Shown here one piece after another: positions 38,379 to 47,261 of a stretch of DNA of 64,000 bases (positions are counted from its first letter, which is position 1; every line of letters starts with the position of its first letter). The notes below the pieces were generated by a model. That model did no database searches, was not told the origin of the DNA, and saw only the letters and a list, made by a program, of their open reading frames with translations. Origin of the DNA: Clostridia bacterium (GTDB lineage Bacteria > Bacillota > Clostridia > UMGS1883); NCBI GenBank assembly GCA_045545055.1, contig JAZQAB010000070.1:131-64130 (forward strand), read 5' to 3'. The position numbers and the translations under genes were made by a program.

Positions 38379-40787
38379 ATGGCTCTATCTCAAATCATCG
38401 TCACAAGCCGTTATCTCAAAAGCGGTAGCGCAAGGAGTGTGACGAAACGCAAAAACTATACAAAGTATATCGCAACCCGTGAAACCGTGGAAAAGCGTGA
38501 GCAGAATCAACTTGCTCCAAACGCTGCTACCACGAAAACACAAAAGGAAATGCTATCCGAATTGCTCAGTGACTTTCCCGAAGCAAAACGCTATCTTGAA
38601 TATGAGGACTACACTGCAAATCCTACAGTGCAGAATGCAAGCGAACTGATCACAACAATCATTGAACGTCACGCAGATGTCATTGGCAACCGTCAGAATT
38701 TTGTCGGTTACATGGCAAAGCGTCCCGGTGCGGAACAGCGTGGTGCTCACGGATTATTCAATGACAGCGATGAACCAATTGTGCTGAATCAGGTTGCAGA
38801 TGAGGTTGCACATCACAAGGGAAATGTGTGGAGTCATGTTGTTTCGCTTCGCCGTGAGGATGCAATTCGTCTTGGCTATGATAACTCCGACCGCTGGCGT
38901 GAGCTTGTCAAGCGGCAGATTCCTGTCATTGCAGAGCAGTCACGAATTCCGATGAGCAATCTGAAATGGTATGCTGCGTTTCATGATACGACGCATCATC
39001 CGCACATTCATCTGATCGTTTATTCCACCAATCCCAAGCAAGGCTATCTGAGCAGAGAGGGCATTGATAAAATCCGTTCTGCGTTTGCAAATGATATCTT
39101 TCATGATGATCTGCAGAGCATCTATCAGGAACAGACGTTGAACCGTGACGAGCTGAAATCTATATCACAGGAACAGGTGCATCAGATAGTGATGCAGATT
39201 CAGAATAGCACTTTCAATAATCCACAGTTGGAAAAGTTGGTGAAAAAACTGCATGAACAATTGCAGACCGTCAGCGGTAAGAAAGTGTACGGCTATCTTC
39301 CGCAGGATGTAAAGAGTACTGTTGATGAAATCCTTGCAGAGCTTGCAAAGGATAAACAGGTATCACAGCTCTATGAAAAATGGTGTGAGTTGGAACGGCT
39401 GAAGTATAAGATCTATACGCAGAAAGAACCGGAACTCCCACCGCTTGCCGACAACAAGGTATTCAAGCCTGTGAAGAATATGGTTATCCGTGCAGTACTT
39501 GATATGAATATGCCAGAACCAAGCCCATACTCTGTTCCGCAGAATGATGACAGCGACGATACTGCTTTCAGTGACATTGATAATGATGTATTCACTTGGA
39601 ACGACGAGGATGCTGTTGAGGTTGAAGTTGAAAATTCTAATCTGCACATTCAATGGTCGAAGGATTATAAAAAAGCCTGCAAACTGTATTACAAAAAGGA
39701 TGCAACGGATGACAACAAGAAAGAAGCTGTTGCATTGCTTCACTCCGAAGCTGAGAAAGGAAACCTGCTTGCAATCCATGACCTTGGAAAAGTGTATGCT
39801 GATGACAAAGAAAAGTCCGATGCATATTACAAGCAGGCACTTGATGGTTTTCTTGAGCTTGAACCAATGTCGCAAAAACTGCAGCCGTATCTGCAATACC
39901 GTATCGGTAAGATGTACTGCTATGGCTCAGGAACTGAACAGAACTACGCAGAATCATTCGGATGGTTTCTGAAATCCGCATACGCAGGAAATAAGTTTGC
40001 GCAGTTTAGTCTTGCAAATCAGTATTACTATGGAAACGGATTTTATAAGGACAAAGGACAGGCTCTGCATTGGTATATGAAATCCGCAGAGCAAGAATTG
40101 CCATATGCAGCGTATGCCGTTGCACAGATGTATGCAAACGGTGACGCAGTCCTGCAGGATGAAGCTACAGCACAGCAATACTACGCACAAGCATTGGCAG
40201 GCTTTCTGAAACTTGAAGCAAGCGACCGTGCAGATGATAACCTGCTGTATAAGCTCGGCAGAATGTATCGATATGGACTTGGAACAGATGAGGATATTCC
40301 CCAAGCCTTGGAATACTTCTCACGTTCAGCAAAACATGGCAATAAAAATGCCAGACGCATGATTGCTATAGAACAACTATCAGGTGAATACATTCCTCAG
40401 GATGTGAATAAAGCTGTGGAAACGCTCACAGAGCTTGCAGAAAATGGAGATGCGGTATCTGCATATCGGCTCGGCAAACTGTATCTATTTGGTGCAGATG
40501 GTATTGAACGTGATGTGCCACAAGCAATACAATGGCTTACCCAGTCCGCAGAAGGTGGTAACGAGTATGCACAACAGCTTCTTGATAACATGGAGCAGAG
40601 GGAAAACGCTGAATTCGCATCAACTATCTTCGGGTTGTTTGTAAGCTTAAGCCATATGATTGAAGATGACTATAACAGGAGTCATAAGAAACTGCAATCC
40701 AAGGTTGACAGTAAGATTCAGCGTATAATTCGTAAGCATAAGCAGGAGCTTGGTATCCGTGATGAACATGATATGACAATGGCATGA
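38379..40787 (+). CDS. relaxase (MOBP-like His motif) fused to C-terminal Sel1/TPR repeats
   Basis: AAFHDTTHHPHIHLIVYS histidine cluster. N-terminal YIATRE Tyr region. The C-terminal half has repeated Sel1-like units (GKMYCYGSGTEQNYAESFGWFLKSA, LGRMYRYGLGTDEDIPQALEYFSRSA and others). Confidence 0.85.
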   Translation: MALSQIIVTSRYLKSGSARSVTKRKNYTKYIATRETVEKREQNQLAPNAATTKTQKEMLSELLSDFPEAKRYLEYEDYTANPTVQNASELITTIIERHADVIGNRQNFVGYMAKRPGAEQRGAHGLFNDSDEPIVLNQVADEVAHHKGNVWSHVVSLRREDAIRLGYDNSDRWRELVKRQIPVIAEQSRIPMSNLKWYAAFHDTTHHPHIHLIVYSTNPKQGYLSREGIDKIRSAFANDIFHDDLQSIYQEQTLNRDELKSISQEQVHQIVMQIQNSTFNNPQLEKLVKKLHEQLQTVSGKKVYGYLPQDVKSTVDEILAELAKDKQVSQLYEKWCELERLKYKIYTQKEPELPPLADNKVFKPVKNMVIRAVLDMNMPEPSPYSVPQNDDSDDTAFSDIDNDVFTWNDEDAVEVEVENSNLHIQWSKDYKKACKLYYKKDATDDNKKEAVALLHSEAEKGNLLAIHDLGKVYADDKEKSDAYYKQALDGFLELEPMSQKLQPYLQYRIGKMYCYGSGTEQNYAESFGWFLKSAYAGNKFAQFSLANQYYYGNGFYKDKGQALHWYMKSAEQELPYAAYAVAQMYANGDAVLQDEATAQQYYAQALAGFLKLEASDRADDNLLYKLGRMYRYGLGTDEDIPQALEYFSRSAKHGNKNARRMIAIEQLSGEYIPQDVNKAVETLTELAENGDAVSAYRLGKLYLFGADGIERDVPQAIQWLTQSAEGGNEYAQQLLDNMEQRENAEFASTIFGLFVSLSHMIEDDYNRSHKKLQSKVDSKIQRIIRKHKQELGIRDEHDMTMA

Positions 40788-40827
40788 TTTTTTACAGATT
40801 TTTTTCGTAGGCTCTAAGCTCATAGAA

Positions 40828-40855
40828 AACGCTCTGCACATCAATGCAGAGCGTT
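40828..40855. terminator. bidirectional terminator between convergent genes
   Basis: AACGCTCTGCA / TGCAGAGCGTT perfect 11-bp stem between the relaxase stop (40787) and the minus-strand stop (40863). Confidence 0.7.
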
Positions 40856-40862
40856 ACTGTTA

Positions 40863-42197
40863 TTAACCATAGTTGTATTTTTGAGCCTCTTCGCTTGTAT
40901 CTTCAAGATATGCAACACAATTCAGCTCGGTTCCGTTTGCGAATTCTTCCAGACCAAAGCCAGAAATACCGTAAAAGTCTCTTTTCTTACCATAGAAAAA
41001 TCTATAGTTCTCTGGCAGATTGGTAATTCTGATAGCATATGTAATATTACCGTTATAGCTGTCAGGGCTGTCAAAGGAATACTGAAGATTTTCTATGTAC
41101 AATTCCTCCGTCTCTGATGTGTTCCATGCTGCAACAACATCGCCAGTCTGAAGATTAAACAGTTCACACTCAAGATTGTGTATAGACACATTGCTGATAA
41201 TATCCAATACTTTTAATCTCAATGAGTATGTACCTTCCAATGGTATACTATTTACAGGTTCTTGTTCCTTAGATAACAGTATATCAATGTTTCTATCTCC
41301 TTCAAAATAGCCGGAGATATTGTATTCAATGAGATTTTGACCACTAAAACTATACTCAGATGGAAGTGTATCGACAACCACTATGTATCTGTATTCCGTT
41401 TCTTCCTTGATAAAACTTGCATAATATGAGGTGTGATCAGATGAATTCCATTCTGCAACTACTATACCATCACCAACATCTGCATATGTTACATCGTCTA
41501 TCCATTCAATCTTTTGTTGTATCAATCTGGCATTAATTGAATTTACAGCTTCGAAACTATTATCATCAAGAAAACTGATATGAAATCCATAGGAATTCGG
41601 ATCAGGTATGATTCCGGGATCTGTATTGCTTGTAGCAGTAGTAGTAGTTGGACGATCTGGAGGTGGATCTACAGTTGATGAAATCTTAGGTGGGGTAGTT
41701 TGTTTGGGTGCAGTTGTGGTAACCGGAGATACCGGAGTTACTACTGTTTCTGTAACAGACGGCAATGTTTCAGGCGATTCCGTCGTTACATTATTCTCAC
41801 CTGTTGTTACAGGCTGAGTGACAGGATTATTGGTTGCAGATTGATTTGTTGCTTCAGTTGTAACAGTAATTATATTATTGGTATCTGCATCTGTTGTGGT
41901 AACTTTAGGAACAGATGATGTATCATTCACATCTGCATCAGGAACATCTGTAGAGTCGATAATAACATTGTCGGGGGGCTGTACCAGCAGATCGCTGTTT
42001 AATACGTTTTTTAATTTATCATTATTCCATACCCCAAGGCAAACTATTATAGCAGCACACAACCCTGAAACGGTTAAGGAAACACGTTTTATGGTGGCTA
42101 TGCGTTTCATTTTTCTCTGTTCCTTTATTTCAACTTCTCTGGCAACTATCTCAGCCATTTTTTTATAGTCCATCATACGTATATCCCTCCTTTTCAA
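40863..42197 (-). CDS. single-pass membrane protein, putative anti-sigma factor whose ectodomain copies the adjacent adhesin
   Basis: The start overlaps the sigma stop by 35 nt. One TM (VSGLCAAIIVCLGVW) and a Thr/Pro linker. The ectodomain matches the first two domain types of ORF 43005..45167. The last 100 aa or so are about 90 percent identical to the adhesin repeats. Confidence 0.6.
   Translation of the reverse strand: MKRRDIRMMDYKKMAEIVAREVEIKEQRKMKRIATIKRVSLTVSGLCAAIIVCLGVWNNDKLKNVLNSDLLVQPPDNVIIDSTDVPDADVNDTSSVPKVTTTDADTNNIITVTTEATNQSATNNPVTQPVTTGENNVTTESPETLPSVTETVVTPVSPVTTTAPKQTTPPKISSTVDPPPDRPTTTTATSNTDPGIIPDPNSYGFHISFLDDNSFEAVNSINARLIQQKIEWIDDVTYADVGDGIVVAEWNSSDHTSYYASFIKEETEYRYIVVVDTLPSEYSFSGQNLIEYNISGYFEGDRNIDILLSKEQEPVNSIPLEGTYSLRLKVLDIISNVSIHNLECELFNLQTGDVVAAWNTSETEELYIENLQYSFDSPDSYNGNITYAIRITNLPENYRFFYGKKRDFYGISGFGLEEFANGTELNCVAYLEDTSEEAQKYNYG
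40866..41174. repeat. inverted copy of the adhesin repeat core (vs about 43521-43821, 44103-44403, 44682-44982)
   Basis: The reverse complement aligns by eye at roughly 85-90 percent nucleotide identity with the three direct copies. Confidence 0.75.
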
Positions 42198-42717
42198 TTT
42201 CCTTTTTTAGCGCAGCCTTGGCACGGTACAAAAGATCAATTATTTGCTTGTTCGATTTGCCCATAATTTCAGCAGTCTCGCTGGTATTGAAGTCTTCAAA
42301 GAATATAAGATACAAAACTTGGCTATATTCAGGTTTCAGTTTTTTGATAGTTTGCCGCAGTCTGATTCGCTCTTTGTTTTTTATGTATTCACGTTCCAGG
42401 TTTTCTCCATCAGAGATATCAAGTGCGTCATCGATAGAAATTTCGGTTACTCGCTTGTTTTTCCTTATATAGTCAAGGGCAGTATATCTTCCAATAGAAA
42501 AAAGCCATGTTTTAAAAGAACACTTTCCTTTGAAATTTGGTTTCTCATAAAACAACTTAACAAAGGTATCTATCGTAAGTTCTTCTGCATGATGAATATC
42601 TCCGACTATATTGTTTAGGTAAAAAACAAGTCCGTCCTTGTAATCTCGGATTATTTCCTCAATCGCATCTTTATCTCCTGAGAGAAAACGGCTATAACAA
42701 TTGGCACCGTTATCCAT
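42163..42717 (-). CDS. ECF-like sigma-70 family sigma factor (paralog of 13882..14436)
   Basis: 184 aa and about half identical to the other copy. FKTWLFSIGRYTALDYIRK and FEDFNTSETAEIMGKSNKQIIDLLYRAKAAL. Confidence 0.85.
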   Translation of the reverse strand: MDNGANCYSRFLSGDKDAIEEIIRDYKDGLVFYLNNIVGDIHHAEELTIDTFVKLFYEKPNFKGKCSFKTWLFSIGRYTALDYIRKNKRVTEISIDDALDISDGENLEREYIKNKERIRLRQTIKKLKPEYSQVLYLIFFEDFNTSETAEIMGKSNKQIIDLLYRAKAALKKEIEKEGYTYDGL

Positions 42718-42772
42718 TTTTCTCTCCTTTCAAATTCGATGAGTAAAAACTCAAAAATCATCTCTCATATAT

Positions 42773-42804
42773 TTAGTCGAAAAAATAAGTGTCAGAATCG
42801 CAGT
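42773..42804 (-). promoter_or_regulatory. candidate ECF-type promoter for the sigma/anti-sigma operon
   Basis: The minus strand reads ACTGCGATTCT-N14-CGACTAA. Confidence 0.45.
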
Positions 42805-42887
42805 CATTTGAGAAGAAAAAACGATTTTTTCATCTACAACTATATTATAGCACATTTTCGGATTTTCTTCAAAATTTTTTTTAAAAA

Positions 42888-42919
42888 ACTGCGATTCTCG
42901 ATGATAAAAATACGACTAA
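42888..42919 (+). promoter_or_regulatory. candidate ECF-type promoter for the adhesin/sortase operon
   Basis: The plus strand reads ACTGCGATTCT-N14-CGACTAA. Boxes and spacing are identical to the divergent copy 84 bp away. Confidence 0.45.
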
Positions 42920-43004
42920 TGAGTGAAGGGTTAAAGCGAGCTCCCCCTTGTAGTTCCGGAATCATCTCTCAAAACTATACCTGAATGAAAAAGGAGGAAT
43001 ATTC

Positions 43005-45167
43005 ATGAAAAAATCCAGAATACTGAGTTTATTGCTCTCCGCAGCAATCTCACTAACACCATTATGCAGTATTTCTGCATCAGCCGAGGAATCTTCTTAT
43101 TCCTTTAACATCTGTTTTATTGCGGAAGAATCAGAGGAATACGTTGAAAATGTAAATGCCAAACTGATTCAGCAAGCGATTGAATGGACAGATGATGAAC
43201 ATTTTGTATATGTCGGAGATGAAATTATTGTTTCCGAGTGGAACACTAATAACGCAAACCCATTCATTACAGAGTCCTTCACTGACAACTGGCACGATTA
43301 TGCATATCGTGTAGTAGTGGACGAATTGCCTGACGGCTACATTTTCAATTCAAGCAAACGTGTCGAAAGTGGAATTTCCGGTTATCTTGATGGAGAAGTC
43401 AAAGTGTCAATCAAACTCGCTGAAGGCGAAATTACCGAAAACACTACTCCTCTGGAAGGTACATATTCATTAAAGCTTAACGTCATGGATATTGTCAGAA
43501 ATGAAAAGATAGCAGGTTTAGACTGCGAACTTTTCAACATTCAGACCGGTGATGTCGTTGCTGCATGGAACACATCTGAAACAGAGGGAATGTATATTGA
43601 AAATCTTCAGTATTCATTTGACAGAGCAGACAGCTACAACGGCAACATTACATATGCCATCAGAATTACAAATCTGCCTGAAAATTATCGTTTCTTCTAT
43701 GGTAAAACCAGAGATCAATACGGAGTATCCGGATTTAGTTTAGAGGAATTCGTCAACGGAACAAATCTGTCGTGTACAGTTTATCTTGAAGATACAAGCG
43801 AAGATGCTCCGAAATACACTTATGTGTCTACTCCTCAGGCTAATATCACAACAGTTACAACCACTACAACAATAGCTGAACCGTCACCACTAACTACCAC
43901 AATTACAGATGAAAACGGAAATTTCATTGACGAGAACGGCAATATTGTTACAACAAGTGAAACATCTAAAACAGAGCCGCAGACAATAATAACAACAACT
44001 ACTTCTGGTCCGGTTGACCTGAACGACATCCCTCTGGAAGGAACATATTCACTGAAACTCAGTGTTATGGATATCGTCAGAAATGAGAAGATCGCAGGAT
44101 TGAACTGTGAACTATTCAATCTCCAGAGTGGTGATGTTGTTGCTGCATGGAACACATCAGAAACTGAAGAAATGTATATTGAAAATCTTCAGTATTCCTT
44201 TGACAGACCTGACAGCTATAACGGCAACATTACATATGCCATCAGAATTACAAATCTGCCAGAGAATTATAGATTTTTCTATGGAAAGAGCAGAGACTTT
44301 TACGGAATTTCCGGCTTTGGTCTGGAAGAATTTGCAAACGGCACTGAACTGAAATGTGTTGCTTATCTTGAAGATACGAGCGAAGAAGCTCCAAAGTACA
44401 CTTACATATCAACTCCGCAGGGTAACACTACAACAGTTACAACTACTACAACAATAGCTGAATCTGCATCATCAACTACCACAGTTACAGATGAACACGG
44501 AAATTACATCGACGAGAATGGTAATATTATTACAACAAGCGATACTTCTAAGACAGAAACTCAGACAACGACAACTACCACATCTGCTTCTTTTGACTTG
44601 AATGACATCCCTCTGGAAGGAACATATTCACTGAAACTCAGTGTTATGGATATCGTCAGAAATGAGAAGATTGCAGGCTTGAACTGCGAATTATTCAACA
44701 TCCAGACTGGTGATGTCGTTGCTGCATGGAACACATCAGAAACTGAAGAAATGTATATTGAAAATCTTCAGTATTCCTTTGACAGACCTGACAGCTATAA
44801 CGGTAACATTACATATGCCATCAGAATTACCAATCTTCCTGAGAATTACAGATTTTTCTACGGTAAAAGCAGAGAGTTTTACGAAATTTCCGGCTTTGCT
44901 CTGGAAGAATTCGCAAATGGCACTGAGCTGAACTGTGTTGCTTATCTTGAAGATACAAGCGATGATGCTCCGAAGTACACTTATGTTACTACTCCACAGG
45001 ATAGCACAACAACAACTACTACAACTACAGCTCAGACTGAGAATAACGAAGAAACACTTCCTCAGACAGGTTACTCTTCCATCTATAAAGTTGTTGCAGG
45101 GCTTGCATCTCTTATGACATTAAGTGGAGCTGCAATTCTTGTTAAGACAAGAAAAAAAGATGAATAA
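43005..45167 (+). CDS. LPQTG-anchored surface protein with three 193-aa repeats
   Basis: Signal peptide. Domain order A-B-linker-B-linker-B. C-terminal LPQTG, hydrophobic segment and KTRKKDE tail. Confidence 0.85.
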   Translation: MKKSRILSLLLSAAISLTPLCSISASAEESSYSFNICFIAEESEEYVENVNAKLIQQAIEWTDDEHFVYVGDEIIVSEWNTNNANPFITESFTDNWHDYAYRVVVDELPDGYIFNSSKRVESGISGYLDGEVKVSIKLAEGEITENTTPLEGTYSLKLNVMDIVRNEKIAGLDCELFNIQTGDVVAAWNTSETEGMYIENLQYSFDRADSYNGNITYAIRITNLPENYRFFYGKTRDQYGVSGFSLEEFVNGTNLSCTVYLEDTSEDAPKYTYVSTPQANITTVTTTTTIAEPSPLTTTITDENGNFIDENGNIVTTSETSKTEPQTIITTTTSGPVDLNDIPLEGTYSLKLSVMDIVRNEKIAGLNCELFNLQSGDVVAAWNTSETEEMYIENLQYSFDRPDSYNGNITYAIRITNLPENYRFFYGKSRDFYGISGFGLEEFANGTELKCVAYLEDTSEEAPKYTYISTPQGNTTTVTTTTTIAESASSTTTVTDEHGNYIDENGNIITTSDTSKTETQTTTTTTSASFDLNDIPLEGTYSLKLSVMDIVRNEKIAGLNCELFNIQTGDVVAAWNTSETEEMYIENLQYSFDRPDSYNGNITYAIRITNLPENYRFFYGKSREFYEISGFALEEFANGTELNCVAYLEDTSDDAPKYTYVTTPQDSTTTTTTTTAQTENNEETLPQTGYSSIYKVVAGLASLMTLSGAAILVKTRKKDE
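43449..45000 (+). repeat. tandem coding repeat, period 579-582 bp, about 2.7 copies
   Basis: CCTCTGGAAGG(A/T)ACATATTCA recurs at 43449, 44031 and 44610. Copies 2 and 3 are nearly identical. Confidence 0.85.
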
Positions 45168-45178
45168 TTGATAAAATG

Positions 45179-45210
45179 AGAGCGCTACTCTCGATAGTAG
45201 CGCTCTTTTC
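45179..45210 (+). terminator. hairpin/attenuator between the adhesin and sortase genes
   Basis: AGAGCGCTACT / AGTAGCGCTCT stem then TTTT. It lies just upstream of the sortase ATG. Confidence 0.55.
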
Positions 45211-45223
45211 GCTATTGAAGGAT

Positions 45224-45736
45224 ATGAAAAGAAGAACAGTACGAATTATCGGCGTTATTATGATTACTTGCGGTGCTTTGATATTGTCTGTTTTCGCATA
45301 TAAACGAATCAGTCGAGAACTATATTTGCAAAAGCTTTTGGAAGAAAATGTGATATTTGAAATCCCAAGTTTAAATATCAGAGTTCCCGTCCTTGAGGGA
45401 ACTGATTCGAAAGCACTTCAAGTATCAGCCGGACATTTTGAGGGAACGGGTTCACCCGGTCATGATAATTACTGCATTGCAGGACATAACAGCACAATAT
45501 ATGCTGAAATTTTCAATGATCTTGATAACATCCAGATTGGTGATGAAATGCATCTGATTGATACAGATGATAAAAGAACCAACTATATCTATATTGTTAC
45601 GGAGTATACTATCGTTGATCCCCACAATGTTAGTGTTCTTAACGATTATGGCGATGACAGACTGACTGTTATATCGTGTACCGACGATGGAGAGTACCGA
45701 CAGGTAGTTGTCGGAATCCTCAAAGAAAATAAATGA
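45224..45736 (+). CDS. small sortase (intact paralog of pseudogene 11007..11518)
   Basis: ATG at 45224. N-terminal TM. CIAGHN His motif. LTVISCTD Cys motif. YRQVVVG Arg. Confidence 0.85.
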   Translation: MKRRTVRIIGVIMITCGALILSVFAYKRISRELYLQKLLEENVIFEIPSLNIRVPVLEGTDSKALQVSAGHFEGTGSPGHDNYCIAGHNSTIYAEIFNDLDNIQIGDEMHLIDTDDKRTNYIYIVTEYTIVDPHNVSVLNDYGDDRLTVISCTDDGEYRQVVVGILKENK

Positions 45737-45756
45737 TATATCGAAAGGAGCTTATT

Positions 45757-47070
45757 ATGAAATTTACAATGATGTTTAACAAATTTTTAGCAGGAGTTAT
45801 TTCCTTAACAAGTGTAATTGGTTTCGGCAGCTTTCCACATAACGTAGCCGAAGATGCTGTGTTTGAGGTTCAAGCAGCTGAAAGCAATAAAGAAATATTT
45901 GATGCTGAATGTTTTTTTGTTTATACAGGAACATATGGCGAGAAGCAATTACCGATCTTTGAGTACTATTACCCATCAAACGACATTTCAGGAACAAATT
46001 ATAAACATCGTAAAAGTTACTTTAAAGGGGATGTTCCGAATGATCTGGAATATGGAGATATTTTTGTAACTGCCGGCGATGTTGTTACAACCTTAGATGA
46101 AAACACAAGAAATACTTACGAACTTGATCAAAGCACTGAATTACAAATCGTTGGCAATTGCTCTGAACTAATGGAAACTCAATCTTTGCAGGTTGTTGAC
46201 AAAACCTATAGTGGAATGACGATGCCACCTGTTTATGCTGTTTTCACATTTCATCTGAGTGATGAGAACGAAAACAAGTATTATTATTCATTTGATAGCT
46301 TTGGAAGTACTCTTGGAATGAACATATCAGGAGCAACCGAGGGAGATACACTGTCTTTTGCTGTATATAATGATAGCGTGATTATCCCTGTAACGCCCAA
46401 GCAGAACGCAGATACAGCAACAGGCGATGTGAATGATGATGGCGAATTTACTATATCGGATGTGGTATTGCTTCAGAAGTGGTTGCTAGCTGTTCCTGAG
46501 ACTCATCTTGCCAATTGGAGAGCTGCAAATTTTTGTGTCGATGAAAGACTCGATGCTTTCGATTTGTGTCTGATGAAAAGACAACTAATAGAAAAACTCA
46601 ACGAAAATGTCAAGTCATCTTTCGAATTGCAAAGTGTTTACAATACACAAACCAATGTCGACAGTCATAATGAATGGCAAGGATATATTGCACATTCTGA
46701 AAACGAATTAAATGAAATAATACAAGAAAACGAAGGATTAAACGGACAGGAGATTTTATTAGAAGGCATTGACAAGAATTGCTTTGAAGATAAATCCATA
46801 ATTATTATTTACAGCCCGTTCTGTCCAAGTAATCAATACTCAATAATTGATGATATTCTTGTTGCAAATGAAACCCTTAACGTTTCTACCACAACAAAAA
46901 AGCCTGATATGCCACGACTTGATATGTGCTACAGAAGGTATCTTTATATCGTAGATAAGAATGAAGTTGCTGATGCAAGTAATATCACTTTTAATGATAC
47001 ATCTTCACGCTATGGAGATATTGATGAAAAAGATGTAGTAAATTGGTTCAACGCATGGTGTGAAGCTTAA
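45757..47070 (+). CDS. secreted protein with an internal dockerin module
   Basis: ATG at 45757 after GAAAGGAG, then a signal peptide. GDVNDDGEFTISDVVLLQKWLL ... NFCVDERLDAFDLCLMKRQL is the same dockerin subtype as in the CotH protein. The roughly 170-aa C-terminal domain is unrecognised. Confidence 0.7.
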   Translation: MKFTMMFNKFLAGVISLTSVIGFGSFPHNVAEDAVFEVQAAESNKEIFDAECFFVYTGTYGEKQLPIFEYYYPSNDISGTNYKHRKSYFKGDVPNDLEYGDIFVTAGDVVTTLDENTRNTYELDQSTELQIVGNCSELMETQSLQVVDKTYSGMTMPPVYAVFTFHLSDENENKYYYSFDSFGSTLGMNISGATEGDTLSFAVYNDSVIIPVTPKQNADTATGDVNDDGEFTISDVVLLQKWLLAVPETHLANWRAANFCVDERLDAFDLCLMKRQLIEKLNENVKSSFELQSVYNTQTNVDSHNEWQGYIAHSENELNEIIQENEGLNGQEILLEGIDKNCFEDKSIIIIYSPFCPSNQYSIIDDILVANETLNVSTTTKKPDMPRLDMCYRRYLYIVDKNEVADASNITFNDTSSRYGDIDEKDVVNWFNAWCEA

Positions 47071-47199
47071 TATAATTAAATACACTCTCTATCTTGAATA
47101 CATGATATACCTTTGCGGCCTCCAGATTTTCTTGGAGGTCGTTTTTTTAATGTTTTTAAAATTTTTTGATTGTTGTCGGTCAACACCGCCAACAAACTA

Positions 47200-47228
47200 T
47201 TTACATTTCAGGAAAAATATGTTATAAT
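47200..47228 (+). promoter_or_regulatory. promoter of the WYL regulator
   Basis: TTTACA 47200-47205, N17, TATAAT 47223-47228. Preceded by the palindromic TTGTTGTCGGTCAACACCGCCAACAA. Confidence 0.45.
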
Positions 47229-47261
47229 ATACTAAGCATATCTTGTTATCGGAGGTGTCAC

